Source: Gemmata obscuriglobus
GTDB lineage: Bacteria > Planctomycetota > Planctomycetia > Gemmatales > Gemmataceae
Direction: 5' to 3'
DNA: 32,000 nt
Assembly: GCF_008065095.1 (NCBI RefSeq)
Contig: NZ_CP042911.1
Span: 2,250,001-2,282,000, forward strand
The notes below the pieces were generated by a model that was not told the DNA's origin, ran no database searches, and saw nothing but the letters and a program-made list of their open reading frames with translations. The number at the start of each line of letters is the position of its first letter. The first letter of the stretch is position 1. This document shows positions 17,370 to 27,569 of this stretch, in pieces. Both the position numbers and the translations under genes were made by a program.

Positions 17370-19322
17370 ATGCCGCACGATCCCACTGCCCGCGCGGCCG
17401 CGCGCCTGACCGAGACCCAGCAGCCCGCCGGGTGCTGGGAAGGCGAGATGATCTGGTGCCCGGTCGTCACGGCACAAGTCGCGATCACGCGGCACGTTGT
17501 CGGGATGCCCTTCTCGGACGCCGACGCGGCCAAGATCATCCGGCACTTCGAGTTCTCCCAACTGCCGAACGGCGCGTTCGGCTTGCACCCGGAACACCCC
17601 GGCTCGGTGTTCGTCACCACGCTCGTGTACGTCGCGGCGCGGTGCCTCGGTGTGAGTGCAGAACACGCCGTCACCGCGAAGGCGCGCGGCTGGCTGCACG
17701 CGCAACCGGGCGGGGTGTTGTCCGCGCCGACGTGGGGTAAGTTCTGGCTCACGCTGCTCGGGCTGTACGGCCGCGACGGGCTGCGCCCGCTGCTCCCTGA
17801 ACTGGCGCTGCTACCCAAAGCGTTCCCCGTCCATCCGGTCCGTTTTTACTGCCACACGCGGTACGTGTACCTGGTGATGTCGCTGCTCCAGGGCGCGCAC
17901 GCGACGTTCGACCTCGGCCCGCTTCGCGCGGAACTGGAACGCGAGTTGTACGGCCCGCTGGCGGTGCCCGAGTCGTTCCGCCAGTACCGCTACCGCCTCG
18001 CCGAAACCGACGCCTTCGAGCCGCCGAACCTGTTCATCCGGGTCGCCGAGCGTGTGATGGGCTGGTACGATCGCGTTGCGCTGCCCGGGCTGCGCCGCGC
18101 GGCACTCAAGCGGTGCGCGGACCTGATCGACCTGGACCTCGACGCGAACGGGTATCTGACCCTGTCGCCGGTGAACGGCACGCTCAACGCACTCGCGCTG
18201 TTCGCACGCGGCGCGGACCGCGAGGTGATCGCCAAGTGCGTGAGCGGGTTCGAGTTCTATCGTTTCGACGACCCCGAGCGCGGGCTGCGGTACTCCGGCG
18301 GCAGTACACGCACCTGGGACACGGGGTTCGCCTTGGAGGCGCTGCTCGCGAACCCGGCGGTGGCCTCCGTGTACCGCGATGTGGTCCATCGGGGCTATCG
18401 GTTCCTGGCCGCGCACCAGATGTCGAAGTCGGTTGCGGGTCGCGATCCGTCGTTCCCGGACACCGCCCGCGGCGGCTGGTGCCTTGGCGACGGGGGGCAC
18501 GCGTGGCCGGTGAGTGATTGCACCGCGGAAGCGCTCTCGGCCGTTCTGAGTGCGCACACGCACGGCATGGCACCCGAGGAACGCATCCCGGACGCCCGGC
18601 TGATCCAGGCCGCCGAGTTCATGCTGACGCGCCAGAACCGGGACGGCGGGTTCGGCTCCTACGAACGCGCCCGCAGCCCGCGCTGGCTCGAACGGATGAA
18701 CCCGTCGGAGATGTTCACCCGGTGCATGACGGACCAGTCGTACATCGAATGTACGGGGTCGTGTCTCGTGGCGCTCGGGCGGTTCCGAAAGGCGATCCCG
18801 CACCACGCGGCCGGACGCATCACCCGGGCGACGAACCGCGGCGCCCGGTTCCTGTTGAGCCGGCAGCGCCCGGATGGCGCGTTCCCCGGAGCGTGGGGGG
18901 TGTACCTCACCTACGGAACGTTCCATGCGGTGCGCGGGCTTCGTGCCGCTGGCTACGCGCCCTCCCACCGGGCACTTCAACGGGCCGCGAACTGGCTCAT
19001 CGCTACCCAAAAGCGGGACGGCGGCTGGGGCGAGGACTACCACGGTTGTCTTCGGCAGGAGTACGTCGAGCACCCCGAGTCGCAGGCCACGATGACGAGT
19101 TGGGCGATTGTAGCGTTGTGCGAGACCGTCGGGACCGGGCACCCGGCCGTGCAAAAAGGGGCCGCGTGGCTCGCGTCACGCCAGCGGGCCGACGGCTCGT
19201 ACCCGCGCGAGGCCGTTAATGGGGTGTTCTTCGGAACGGCGATGCTCGATTACGATCTGTATCGCGCGTACTTTCCGACATGGGCGCTCGCACTGGCTTC
19301 GGGTACAACTGCGAAAAGTTGA
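17370..19322 (+). CDS. oxidosqualene cyclase (lanosterol/parkeol synthase type triterpene cyclase)
   Basis: 650-aa protein with several QW repeats: TETQQPAGCWEGE, MLTRQNRDGGFGSY, LLSRQRPDGAFPGAWG, LIATQKRDGGWGE and LASRQRADGSYP. The catalytic box is VSDCTAE (18510-18530), which is the oxidosqualene cyclase form, not the DxDDTA of squalene-hopene cyclases. Confidence 0.85.
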   Translation: MPHDPTARAAARLTETQQPAGCWEGEMIWCPVVTAQVAITRHVVGMPFSDADAAKIIRHFEFSQLPNGAFGLHPEHPGSVFVTTLVYVAARCLGVSAEHAVTAKARGWLHAQPGGVLSAPTWGKFWLTLLGLYGRDGLRPLLPELALLPKAFPVHPVRFYCHTRYVYLVMSLLQGAHATFDLGPLRAELERELYGPLAVPESFRQYRYRLAETDAFEPPNLFIRVAERVMGWYDRVALPGLRRAALKRCADLIDLDLDANGYLTLSPVNGTLNALALFARGADREVIAKCVSGFEFYRFDDPERGLRYSGGSTRTWDTGFALEALLANPAVASVYRDVVHRGYRFLAAHQMSKSVAGRDPSFPDTARGGWCLGDGGHAWPVSDCTAEALSAVLSAHTHGMAPEERIPDARLIQAAEFMLTRQNRDGGFGSYERARSPRWLERMNPSEMFTRCMTDQSYIECTGSCLVALGRFRKAIPHHAAGRITRATNRGARFLLSRQRPDGAFPGAWGVYLTYGTFHAVRGLRAAGYAPSHRALQRAANWLIATQKRDGGWGEDYHGCLRQEYVEHPESQATMTSWAIVALCETVGTGHPAVQKGAAWLASRQRADGSYPREAVNGVFFGTAMLDYDLYRAYFPTWALALASGTTAKS

Positions 19323-19420
19323 TGGCGTTTAGCTCGTCGCTCTGCGACAGGCTGATGTTGCGTCAGCCGAGCTTCTGCCTTCACACCCCGCGCGGGGAGC
19401 GCTGTTCCAGCACCGCTTCC

Positions 19421-19503
19421 GACCGGTCCGCCCCCCGGACGGTCCAGGTCTGGAACAACCCCGCCGATCGTGGTTCCTGGACCGTCCGGGGGGCGGACCG
19501 GTC
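19421..19503. repeat. perfect 28-bp inverted repeat with 27-nt spacer, downstream of the cyclase gene (terminator or REP-like element)
   Basis: The arm gaccggtccgccccccggacggtccagg (19421-19448) pairs exactly with cctggaccgtccggggggcggaccggtc (19476-19503). No U-tract follows. Confidence 0.85.
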
Positions 19504-19608
19504 GGCGGTGCCGTGAGCGCTCCGCGCCACAGGAAGAGAAGTTAACGCCGTCAACTCCGAACCCCGTGGCTCGTGCCGCGGGGTTCGTGCATTTGCCGAT
19601 TGTAAAAT

Positions 19609-19622
19609 GTTCCACGTGGAAC
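19609..19622. promoter_or_regulatory. perfect 14-bp palindrome GTTCCACGTGGAAC (candidate operator) next to a TAAAAT -10-like hexamer
   Basis: TAAAAT lies at 19602-19607, and the palindrome starts 2 nt later. Further AACGTG / AACGTG / AACGTA copies occur at 19620, 19630 and 19638. The site is about 70-80 nt upstream of the RNA ligase ATG. Confidence 0.35.
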
Positions 19623-19691
19623 GTGGGTAAACGTGCGAACGTAGCGAAGGAAGTTGAACCCTTCGTGGTGCCAGAGTGTCTCCTGGGCACC

Positions 19692-20336
19692 ATGTTGCAC
19701 TACCCGAAAATTCCCGGCAGCGCAGCGGCCCCGAATGATCGGTGTGTCGCGTTCGAGAAACTCGACGGCACCAACCTGCATTGGTGCTGGGAACGCGACT
19801 TCGGCTGGCACGCCTTCGGCACACGTCGCGACGAGTTCAACCTGACACCCGACGGCATCGCCGCATTCAACCTCGCGCACCCGGGACTGGAAGAGGCCGC
19901 GCCGGCGTTCATCAACACACTCGCCGAACCGCTCGACACACTTTTGCGGGAGCACCCGAACTACGCCTCCTTTATCACAGTGAAGGTGTTCACCGAGTTT
20001 CTGGGGCCGAACTCGTTTGCAGGCGCACACAAGCCCGACGATCCGAAACGGCTCGTCCTGTTCGACGTTTGGGCGGAGGGATACGGGTTTGCTGTACCGA
20101 AGACATTCGTGACCGACTTCGGTCACCTGCCGACGCCTCGCGTCGTTTATGAGGGGAAGTTGACCGGCACGTTCCTCGAAGCGGTTCGTGAAGGGAAGTA
20201 CGGTTTGGCGGAGGGCGTTGTGTGTAAGGGAGGGCCGGGCGGTGAGGACGTGTGGATGGTGAAGGTGAAGACCTATGAGTACCTTGAGCGCCTGAAGAAG
20301 GCATTCGGAACGAGATGGAACGAATTCTGGGAATGA
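19692..20336 (+). CDS. ATP-dependent RNA ligase-like nucleotidyltransferase (Rnl2-type adenylyltransferase domain only)
   Basis: From internal Met75 of the track ORF: MLHYPKIPG... Motif I is FEKLDGTN (Lys nucleophile), the motif III-like box is KVFTEFLGPNS, motif IV is AEGVVCKG, and motif V is VWMVKVKT. About 214 aa, with no obvious C-terminal or OB domain. Confidence 0.7.
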   Translation: MLHYPKIPGSAAAPNDRCVAFEKLDGTNLHWCWERDFGWHAFGTRRDEFNLTPDGIAAFNLAHPGLEEAAPAFINTLAEPLDTLLREHPNYASFITVKVFTEFLGPNSFAGAHKPDDPKRLVLFDVWAEGYGFAVPKTFVTDFGHLPTPRVVYEGKLTGTFLEAVREGKYGLAEGVVCKGGPGGEDVWMVKVKTYEYLERLKKAFGTRWNEFWE

Positions 20337-20371
20337 AAAACGCGAAGCGACCGATGGCGGTCGCTTCGCGT
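20336..20371 (-). terminator. intrinsic terminator of the atp operon (14-bp stem, 4-nt loop, U-tract on the minus strand); also closes the convergent RNA ligase gene
   Basis: acgcgaagcgaccg - atgg - cggtcgcttcgcgt. On the minus strand the hairpin is followed by TTTT(T). It lies 20 nt after the atpC stop. Confidence 0.8.
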
Positions 20372-20391
20372 GTGTTACTGCTGCGGCAGTA

Positions 20392-20811
20392 TCAGGCGGA
20401 TGTGGTCTTGCCTGCCACTTTCTTGAGTCCGGCGGCGCGGTCGAGGGCTTTCGCCTTGTTCGCTCGTTCGATCGCGGTGGAACTCGGCAGTGCGGCGGCC
20501 TCGTTCGCGGCGGCCGTTACCATTTCGGCGGTGATCGCCGCTGCGGCCTTCGCACTGGCGGTCAGCACGGTGACCACGTTCAACCGCACCTGGACGAAAC
20601 CGGCCTCAACGAAGAAACGCTTCGTTGTGGAGCCGGTGACGAGACGCAGCTCGCCCGCCCCGAGCCGGCCGATGAGCGGCGAGCGGCCCGGCTGTACGCC
20701 CAGCTCGCCGTCGATCATCGGCAGGATGACCATGTCTGCGGTGTCGTCGAGTACGGCCTTTTCGGGCGTAACGACGACCACCTTGAGGTTGCGCGAAGTC
20801 GGTTCGGCCAT
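20392..20811 (-). CDS. atpC: F1 ATP synthase subunit epsilon
   Basis: MAEPTSRNLKVVVVTPEKAVLDDTADMVILPMIDGELGVQPGRSPLIGRLGAGELR is the typical epsilon N-terminal beta-sandwich. It is the last gene of the atp operon. The start is taken at ATG 20811 (Met15 of the track ORF). Confidence 0.9.
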   Translation of the reverse strand: MAEPTSRNLKVVVVTPEKAVLDDTADMVILPMIDGELGVQPGRSPLIGRLGAGELRLVTGSTTKRFFVEAGFVQVRLNVVTVLTASAKAAAAITAEMVTAAANEAAALPSSTAIERANKAKALDRAAGLKKVAGKTTSA

Positions 20812-20902
20812 GGGAGTACAGTGAGGAGTGAGGGTGAGGGGTGCGGAATTCACAAGAGGCGGGAGCGAACGAACCGCTCCTCGCCCTGTGACTCCGACCC
20901 AC

Positions 20903-22862
<1,960 letters not shown>

Positions 22863-23203
22863 TCGGCCTCCGAAGACCGAGCAGTCTCATGTCTCTGACC
22901 CAAAACCACACAGCGGCAGCGGCCAACAGGAGCCAAGACCAAGAAGCCAGAATCACTCGGCCGGCCCCACCGCCTTGGTGCGAAACCCCGCCACTCTCTG
23001 TTCTCGCCGTTTCAGTTCGTTCAACGTATTCGTGCCACGGGCTGAACGACAATCCGGTCGCGTAATGGCGCTCGACGACTCGCGTGTTATCTAGCTCCTG
23101 ATGCTGCTCGTGAGTAACACCTGTGGGAGTGAAAAATAGACCCAGAAGCACACTGATACCGAACAGGAACAGACACCGTTCACGGATCGTTCCCATCGTG
23201 ATC

Positions 23204-24109
23204 TCACTTTAGCGCTTCGGAGCCGGCGATCAGCTCCGAGATTTCCTTCGTGATGTTCGCCTGGCGCGTGCGGTTGTACAGCCGCGTGATGTCCTTGATG
23301 AGGTCGCCGGCGTTCTCGGTCGCGGCCTTCATCGCGATCCGGCGGGCGATCTGCTCGCTCACCGCGGCGTCGAGGAACATCTTGAACAGGCGCACTTTCA
23401 GGGCGGCCGGAACCAGTTCTTCGAGGATCTCGGCGGCGTTCGGGATGAACTCGTATTCGACCTTCGCGTCGGTCCCGCCGGCCGCGTTTTCGGTCGCGGC
23501 CGGAGCGCTCTTCCGCGTCTCGACACCGACCGACGACAGCGGCAGCAGTGTCTCAACAACGGCTTGCTGCTTCGCGGCGCTGACGAACCGGGTGTAAACG
23601 ACCTTCACCTCGTCGATCTGGCCCGAGATGAAGAGGTCGACGTACCGGCTGGCGACCGCATCCACCTCAGCGAAGCTCGGCTTGTCCTCGAAGTTGGTGT
23701 ACTCTCGGGTCCGCGGCACGCCCTGGAACTTGAAGAACGCGATGCCGCGCTTGCCCGAGACCTCGAGGTCGAACGGGGCGTTGCTCGCGGTCAGTTGGCG
23801 TGTGAGTGGCAGCGCCTCGCGGAGCACACTGCCGTTGTACCCGCCGCACAGCCCGCGGTTGGCGGTAATGACCAGCACCACCGTCTTCTTGACAGGCCGG
23901 GTGGCGAGCAGCGGGTGCGTCACGTCGCCCGCGTTCTTGCTGAGGTCGGCGGCCAGCTCCGCGATCTTGCGGGTGTACGCTTCCGCCTCGGTGGCGCGGT
24001 CGAGCGCCTTCTTGAAGCGGGCGGTCGCGATCAGTTCCATCGTCTTCGTGATCTTGCGGATGTTCCGCACGGCCTTGCGGCGCTTCACGAGTACACGAAG
24101 GTTTGCCAT
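23204..24109 (-). CDS. atpG: F1 ATP synthase subunit gamma
   Basis: MANLRVLVKRRKAVRNIRKITKTMELIATARFKKA..., the C-terminal YNRTRQANITKEISELIAGSEAL, and LCGGYN. Confidence 0.95.
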   Translation of the reverse strand: MANLRVLVKRRKAVRNIRKITKTMELIATARFKKALDRATEAEAYTRKIAELAADLSKNAGDVTHPLLATRPVKKTVVLVITANRGLCGGYNGSVLREALPLTRQLTASNAPFDLEVSGKRGIAFFKFQGVPRTREYTNFEDKPSFAEVDAVASRYVDLFISGQIDEVKVVYTRFVSAAKQQAVVETLLPLSSVGVETRKSAPAATENAAGGTDAKVEYEFIPNAAEILEELVPAALKVRLFKMFLDAAVSEQIARRIAMKAATENAGDLIKDITRLYNRTRQANITKEISELIAGSEALK

Positions 24110-24135
24110 CGGCGTTGGTGTTTCGTGTTTGGTGT

Positions 24136-24402
24136 TTAGTGGTTGATCCGCCCCGGCGGAACCGGCACGTGATACGCGGTGATCACGAAGACCAGGTCCT
24201 CATCGCCGAGACCGTTGTGGCGCCAGATGATCTTCACCCACCGCCCGTTCGGCACCCGCCCGTAACTCTCGACGCCCGGCTCGGGCTCGTCCCACTCGGC
24301 AACGTCTCGCCGGTGCTCCCACGCGAACTCCACCTCGTCGGTCGACAGGTGGTGCATGGCCAGTTTCGCTTGGTTCCAATCGATCCAGAGAAACTGAGCC
24401 AT
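24136..24402 (-). CDS. DUF497 / BrnT-like small protein (possible orphan toxin), inserted between atpA and atpG
   Basis: 88 aa. FLWIDWNQAKLAMHHLSTDEVEFAW resembles the F-x-WD-x-x-K...KHG...E-x-x-x-F start of DUF497. ...GRWVKIIWRHNG...LVFVITAY resembles its C-terminal strands. No antitoxin-sized ORF lies adjacent. The call is based on pattern memory only. Confidence 0.4.
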   Translation of the reverse strand: MAQFLWIDWNQAKLAMHHLSTDEVEFAWEHRRDVAEWDEPEPGVESYGRVPNGRWVKIIWRHNGLGDEDLVFVITAYHVPVPPGRINH

Positions 24403-24465
24403 GCCTCCTTTTCGCTGTGGTGAACCGGTGGGACAGTAACCCCGACACTCCGGGGGGACAAACTA

Positions 24466-26190
24466 TTAGGCTTTGAACTGCGGCTGGAAGGCCGCGATCG
24501 CCTCGTTGAGCGCCTTAACCACGTCGTCGCTCATCTTCTTCTCTTTGGCGAGCAGGGCCCGGCTCTCCGGCTTCTGCTCCTTCATGAACTTCAGGAACTG
24601 GTCTTCCCAGTCCTTCACCTTGCGGCGGTCGACCTTGTCCAGGGCACCGGTGTTGGCGGCGTAGATGATCATGATCTGGTCGATCACGTTCATCGGCTTG
24701 TACTGCCCCTGCTTCAGAATCTCGACCATGCGGTAGCCGCGGTCGAGGCGGGCCTGAGTGTCCTTGTCGAGGTCCGTACCGAGCTGGGCGAACGCCTCCA
24801 ACTCGCGGAACTGGGCCAGCGCCAGCTTCAACCCGCCCGCGACCGTCTTGTGCTTCATCGCACCGATCTGGGCGTTACCGCCGACGCGCGACACCGAGAT
24901 GCCGACGTCCACGGCCGGGAGCACGCCGGCGTTCTTGAGGTCCGGCTGGAGGTAGATCTGACCGTCGGTGATCGAGATCACGTTGGTCGGGATGTACGCG
25001 GACACTTCGCCTTCGAGCGTCTCGATGATCGGGAGCGCCGTGAGCGAGCCGCCGCTGCCGGCGATCTTCGCGATCTTCGCGCCGGGGAAGTTCTTGAGGT
25101 CGTGCTTGGCCTGCTCCAGCCCGCCGCGGTCGCCCGGGCCGACGTACACCATACCGGTGTCGCCGGGGCCGCGCCGCTCGGTCGGCTTGCCGGCCTTGTT
25201 GATGCCCCAATGGGCCGCGGCGTCCTTGTCCTCGGTCGAGGCGTCGAGGATGACGTACTTCTCGGCCAGCTTTGCGGACCGCTCGAGCAACCGGGAGTGG
25301 CAGTAGAACACGTCGCCCGGGTACGCCTCGCGGCCCGGAGGGCGACGCACCAGCAGCGAGAGCTGGCGGTACGCGGCGGCCTGCTTCGAGAGGTCGTCGT
25401 ACACGCAAAGCGTGTCCTTGCCCTGCTCGTACATGAAGTACTCGGCCATCGCGGTGCCCGCGTACGGCGCGAGGTACTGGAGCGGGGCGGCGTCGGCGGC
25501 GCTGGCGACCACGACGATGGTGTAATCCATCGCGCCGGTCTTGCGCAGGATCTCGACGACGCCGGCGACCTTCGACTCCATCTGCCCGCACGCGACGTAC
25601 ACGCAGACGACGCTTTCTTCCTTCTGGTTGATGATGGTGTCGAGCGCGATCGCGGTCTTACCGGTCTTGCGGTCGCCGATGATCAACTCGCGCTGCCCGC
25701 GGCCCACCGGGGTCATGGCGTCGATGGCCTTGATCCCGGTCTGGAGCGGCTGCTTCACCGGCTGGCGGTCGACGATCCCGGGGGCGGGCGACTCAACGAG
25801 CCGGCGCTTCGTGGTTTGGATCGGCCCCTTGCCGTCGAGCGGGTTGCCGAGCGGGTCCACGACGCGGCCGATGAGGCCCTCGCCGACCGGCACCGACAGC
25901 AGCTCGCCGGTGGTGCGGACCTCCATCCCCTCGGTGACCTTCAGGTAGTCGCCGAGGATGATGACCGCGACCGAGCTCTCTTCGAGGTTGAACGCGAGCC
26001 CTTTCACCCCGGCCTGCGGGAAGTCCACCAGCTCGCCGGCCATCACCTCGGACAGGCCGTAGCAGCGCGCGATGCCGTCGCCGACTTCAAGCACCTGCCC
26101 GACGGCCCGGGTCTCCACCTTCCGGTCGAAGGTGGAGATCGAGTTCTTCAGGACGCTGATGATTTCGCTGGCGTTGATTTTAGTTGCCAT
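24466..26190 (-). CDS. atpA: F1 ATP synthase subunit alpha, carrying a ~55-65-aa internal insertion
   Basis: Walker A is GDRKTGKTA. Also present are [57 protein letters not shown] and [10 protein letters not shown]. At 574 aa it is longer than the roughly 500-515 aa usual for bacterial alpha subunits. Confidence 0.95.
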   Translation of the reverse strand: MATKINASEIISVLKNSISTFDRKVETRAVGQVLEVGDGIARCYGLSEVMAGELVDFPQAGVKGLAFNLEESSVAVIILGDYLKVTEGMEVRTTGELLSVPVGEGLIGRVVDPLGNPLDGKGPIQTTKRRLVESPAPGIVDRQPVKQPLQTGIKAIDAMTPVGRGQRELIIGDRKTGKTAIALDTIINQKEESVVCVYVACGQMESKVAGVVEILRKTGAMDYTIVVVASAADAAPLQYLAPYAGTAMAEYFMYEQGKDTLCVYDDLSKQAAAYRQLSLLVRRPPGREAYPGDVFYCHSRLLERSAKLAEKYVILDASTEDKDAAAHWGINKAGKPTERRGPGDTGMVYVGPGDRGGLEQAKHDLKNFPGAKIAKIAGSGGSLTALPIIETLEGEVSAYIPTNVISITDGQIYLQPDLKNAGVLPAVDVGISVSRVGGNAQIGAMKHKTVAGGLKLALAQFRELEAFAQLGTDLDKDTQARLDRGYRMVEILKQGQYKPMNVIDQIMIIYAANTGALDKVDRRKVKDWEDQFLKFMKEQKPESRALLAKEKKMSDDVVKALNEAIAAFQPQFKA

Positions 26191-26788
26191 GGCTACCGCC
26201 CTTGTCGAGCAAGAGTGTCCGGAGGGTCTGGAGTCGCGTGCGAACCGAGGTGTCGACGACCGAGTCGCCGACCTGCACCACCAGCCCGCCGAGCAGGTCG
26301 GGGTCCACCCGCACGTTCAACACGGGGTCTTGTTTCAGCAGCTTCTTAAGGTTCTCGGTCAGCTTCGCCATCTGGTCGTCGGTGAGCGGGACCGCGGCGG
26401 TGATTTTCACCGGCACCTGGCCCGCCTGCTCCGCGATGAGCCGCCGGTACGCGGCCGCGACGGGCCGGAGGAGGGCCAAGCGGTTGTTCTGTTGCAGCGT
26501 CGCGATCAGACCGCGGAGCGTGCGCGACGCGCGGTCGCTCAACGCCGTTTCAAGGGCGGCGGCACGAACCTTCTTGCCGACCACGGGGCTGACGAGCATG
26601 TTCGCAACGGTCGCGTCCGCGCCCACGGCATCGACGAACGCGGTCAGTTCGGCGGCCAGTTCAGTGGGCGCCGCGGGGGACACCTGTTGGGCCGACGCGA
26701 GCAGCGCCTCGGCGTACACCCGTGCCAGTCGCGACTTAGTCGTGCCGGCGTCGAGAACGGTTTCGTGTTTGACTTCGACGTTTGCCAT
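26180..26788 (-). CDS. atpH: F1 ATP synthase subunit delta (OSCP)
   Basis: It sits between atpF and atp[12 protein letters not shown] and the C-terminal [20 protein letters not shown] are typical delta motifs. The 3' end overlaps the atpA start by 11 nt. ATG 26788 is preferred over the GTG at 26821. Confidence 0.85.
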   Translation of the reverse strand: MANVEVKHETVLDAGTTKSRLARVYAEALLASAQQVSPAAPTELAAELTAFVDAVGADATVANMLVSPVVGKKVRAAALETALSDRASRTLRGLIATLQQNNRLALLRPVAAAYRRLIAEQAGQVPVKITAAVPLTDDQMAKLTENLKKLLKQDPVLNVRVDPDLLGGLVVQVGDSVVDTSVRTRLQTLRTLLLDKGGSHGN

Positions 26789-26936
26789 GATCGCGGTTCC
26801 GGTTCGCTTCGGTCCAGACACTCACGCCGCTGGTGCCACAAGACAGTTGCCGCCCTGAACCCGGAGAACGCTTTCGGAGTTCAAGACGGGCCGGCCCCTT
26901 GTAGCCAGGGGCGTGTGCCCCTGGGTTTTCGCCCGG

Positions 26937-27527
26937 TCATGCCTTGGTCGCGTTGAGTTCCGCGATGGAGGCGCTCACCAGTTCGCTTTGGGCGTCGACG
27001 GTCACTTGCTGGCGAACCGCCTTGGTTGCCATGAGGGTCGCAAGTTCGACGGCCTTGGTGTACACGTCCTTGAGGGCCGCGTCACGCTCGATGGCGACAT
27101 CCCGCCGTGCCCGCTCTCGCTCGGCCTCGGCTTCCTTGCGCCCTTCTTCTGCTAGCGTCTTCTTCAACACTTCGGCGTCGCGCCGGGCCTCGTCCACAAT
27201 GGCCTTGGCCTGCTGAGCCGCTGCCGCCAACTCGGCGTCCAATTTGGAACGCAGAGCCGCAGCGTCTTCCTTGGCCTTCTTGGCGTCCTCAATGGCCTGG
27301 AACTGGGCCGCCTCGCGGGCTTGCAAGCCTTTAAGGATCGGCCCCCAGGCGAACGCGTACAGGATCGCCAGCAGAGCCACGAACACGATCACGGTGACGA
27401 TCGAGTTCACGAGGTCCGGTTTCAGCACGTTCGTCGAACCGCCGCCCTCGGACGCCGCCAGCGCGAGAGTCGGCAACAAGAGGACGGCCGCGGTCGCGCA
27501 AGCCGCCCGGATGAATGTGGTCGTCAT
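26937..27527 (-). CDS. atpF: Fo ATP synthase subunit b, with signal-peptide-like N-terminus
   Basis: One TM segment (IVTVIVFVALLAILYAFAW) is followed by a long charged Ala/Glu/Lys/Arg helix (AAQFQAIEDAKKAKEDAAALRSKLDAEL...). ATG 27527 has GAGAGGTGG upstream. The track start 27551 is a GTG. Confidence 0.85.
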   Translation of the reverse strand: MTTTFIRAACATAAVLLLPTLALAASEGGGSTNVLKPDLVNSIVTVIVFVALLAILYAFAWGPILKGLQAREAAQFQAIEDAKKAKEDAAALRSKLDAELAAAAQQAKAIVDEARRDAEVLKKTLAEEGRKEAEAERERARRDVAIERDAALKDVYTKAVELATLMATKAVRQQVTVDAQSELVSASIAELNATKA

Positions 27528-27569
27528 GTGTTGCCACCTCTCGTCGGACACAGTTTCGGGGCCGGTCGC

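Noticed and set aside
16572-19154. 377-aa (16572..17705) and 447-aa (17811..19154) minus-strand ORFs
   Set aside because: They are antisense shadows of the squalene monooxygenase and cyclase genes.
17370-19322. Calling the cyclase a squalene-hopene cyclase (the default expectation for a bacterial triterpene cyclase)
   Set aside because: The catalytic box reads VSDCTAE rather than DxDDTA, and a squalene epoxidase-like gene sits directly upstream. Both point to an oxidosqualene cyclase.
24850-26349. 499-aa plus-strand ORF opposite atpA/atpH
   Set aside because: It is the antisense shadow of atpA and has no motifs.
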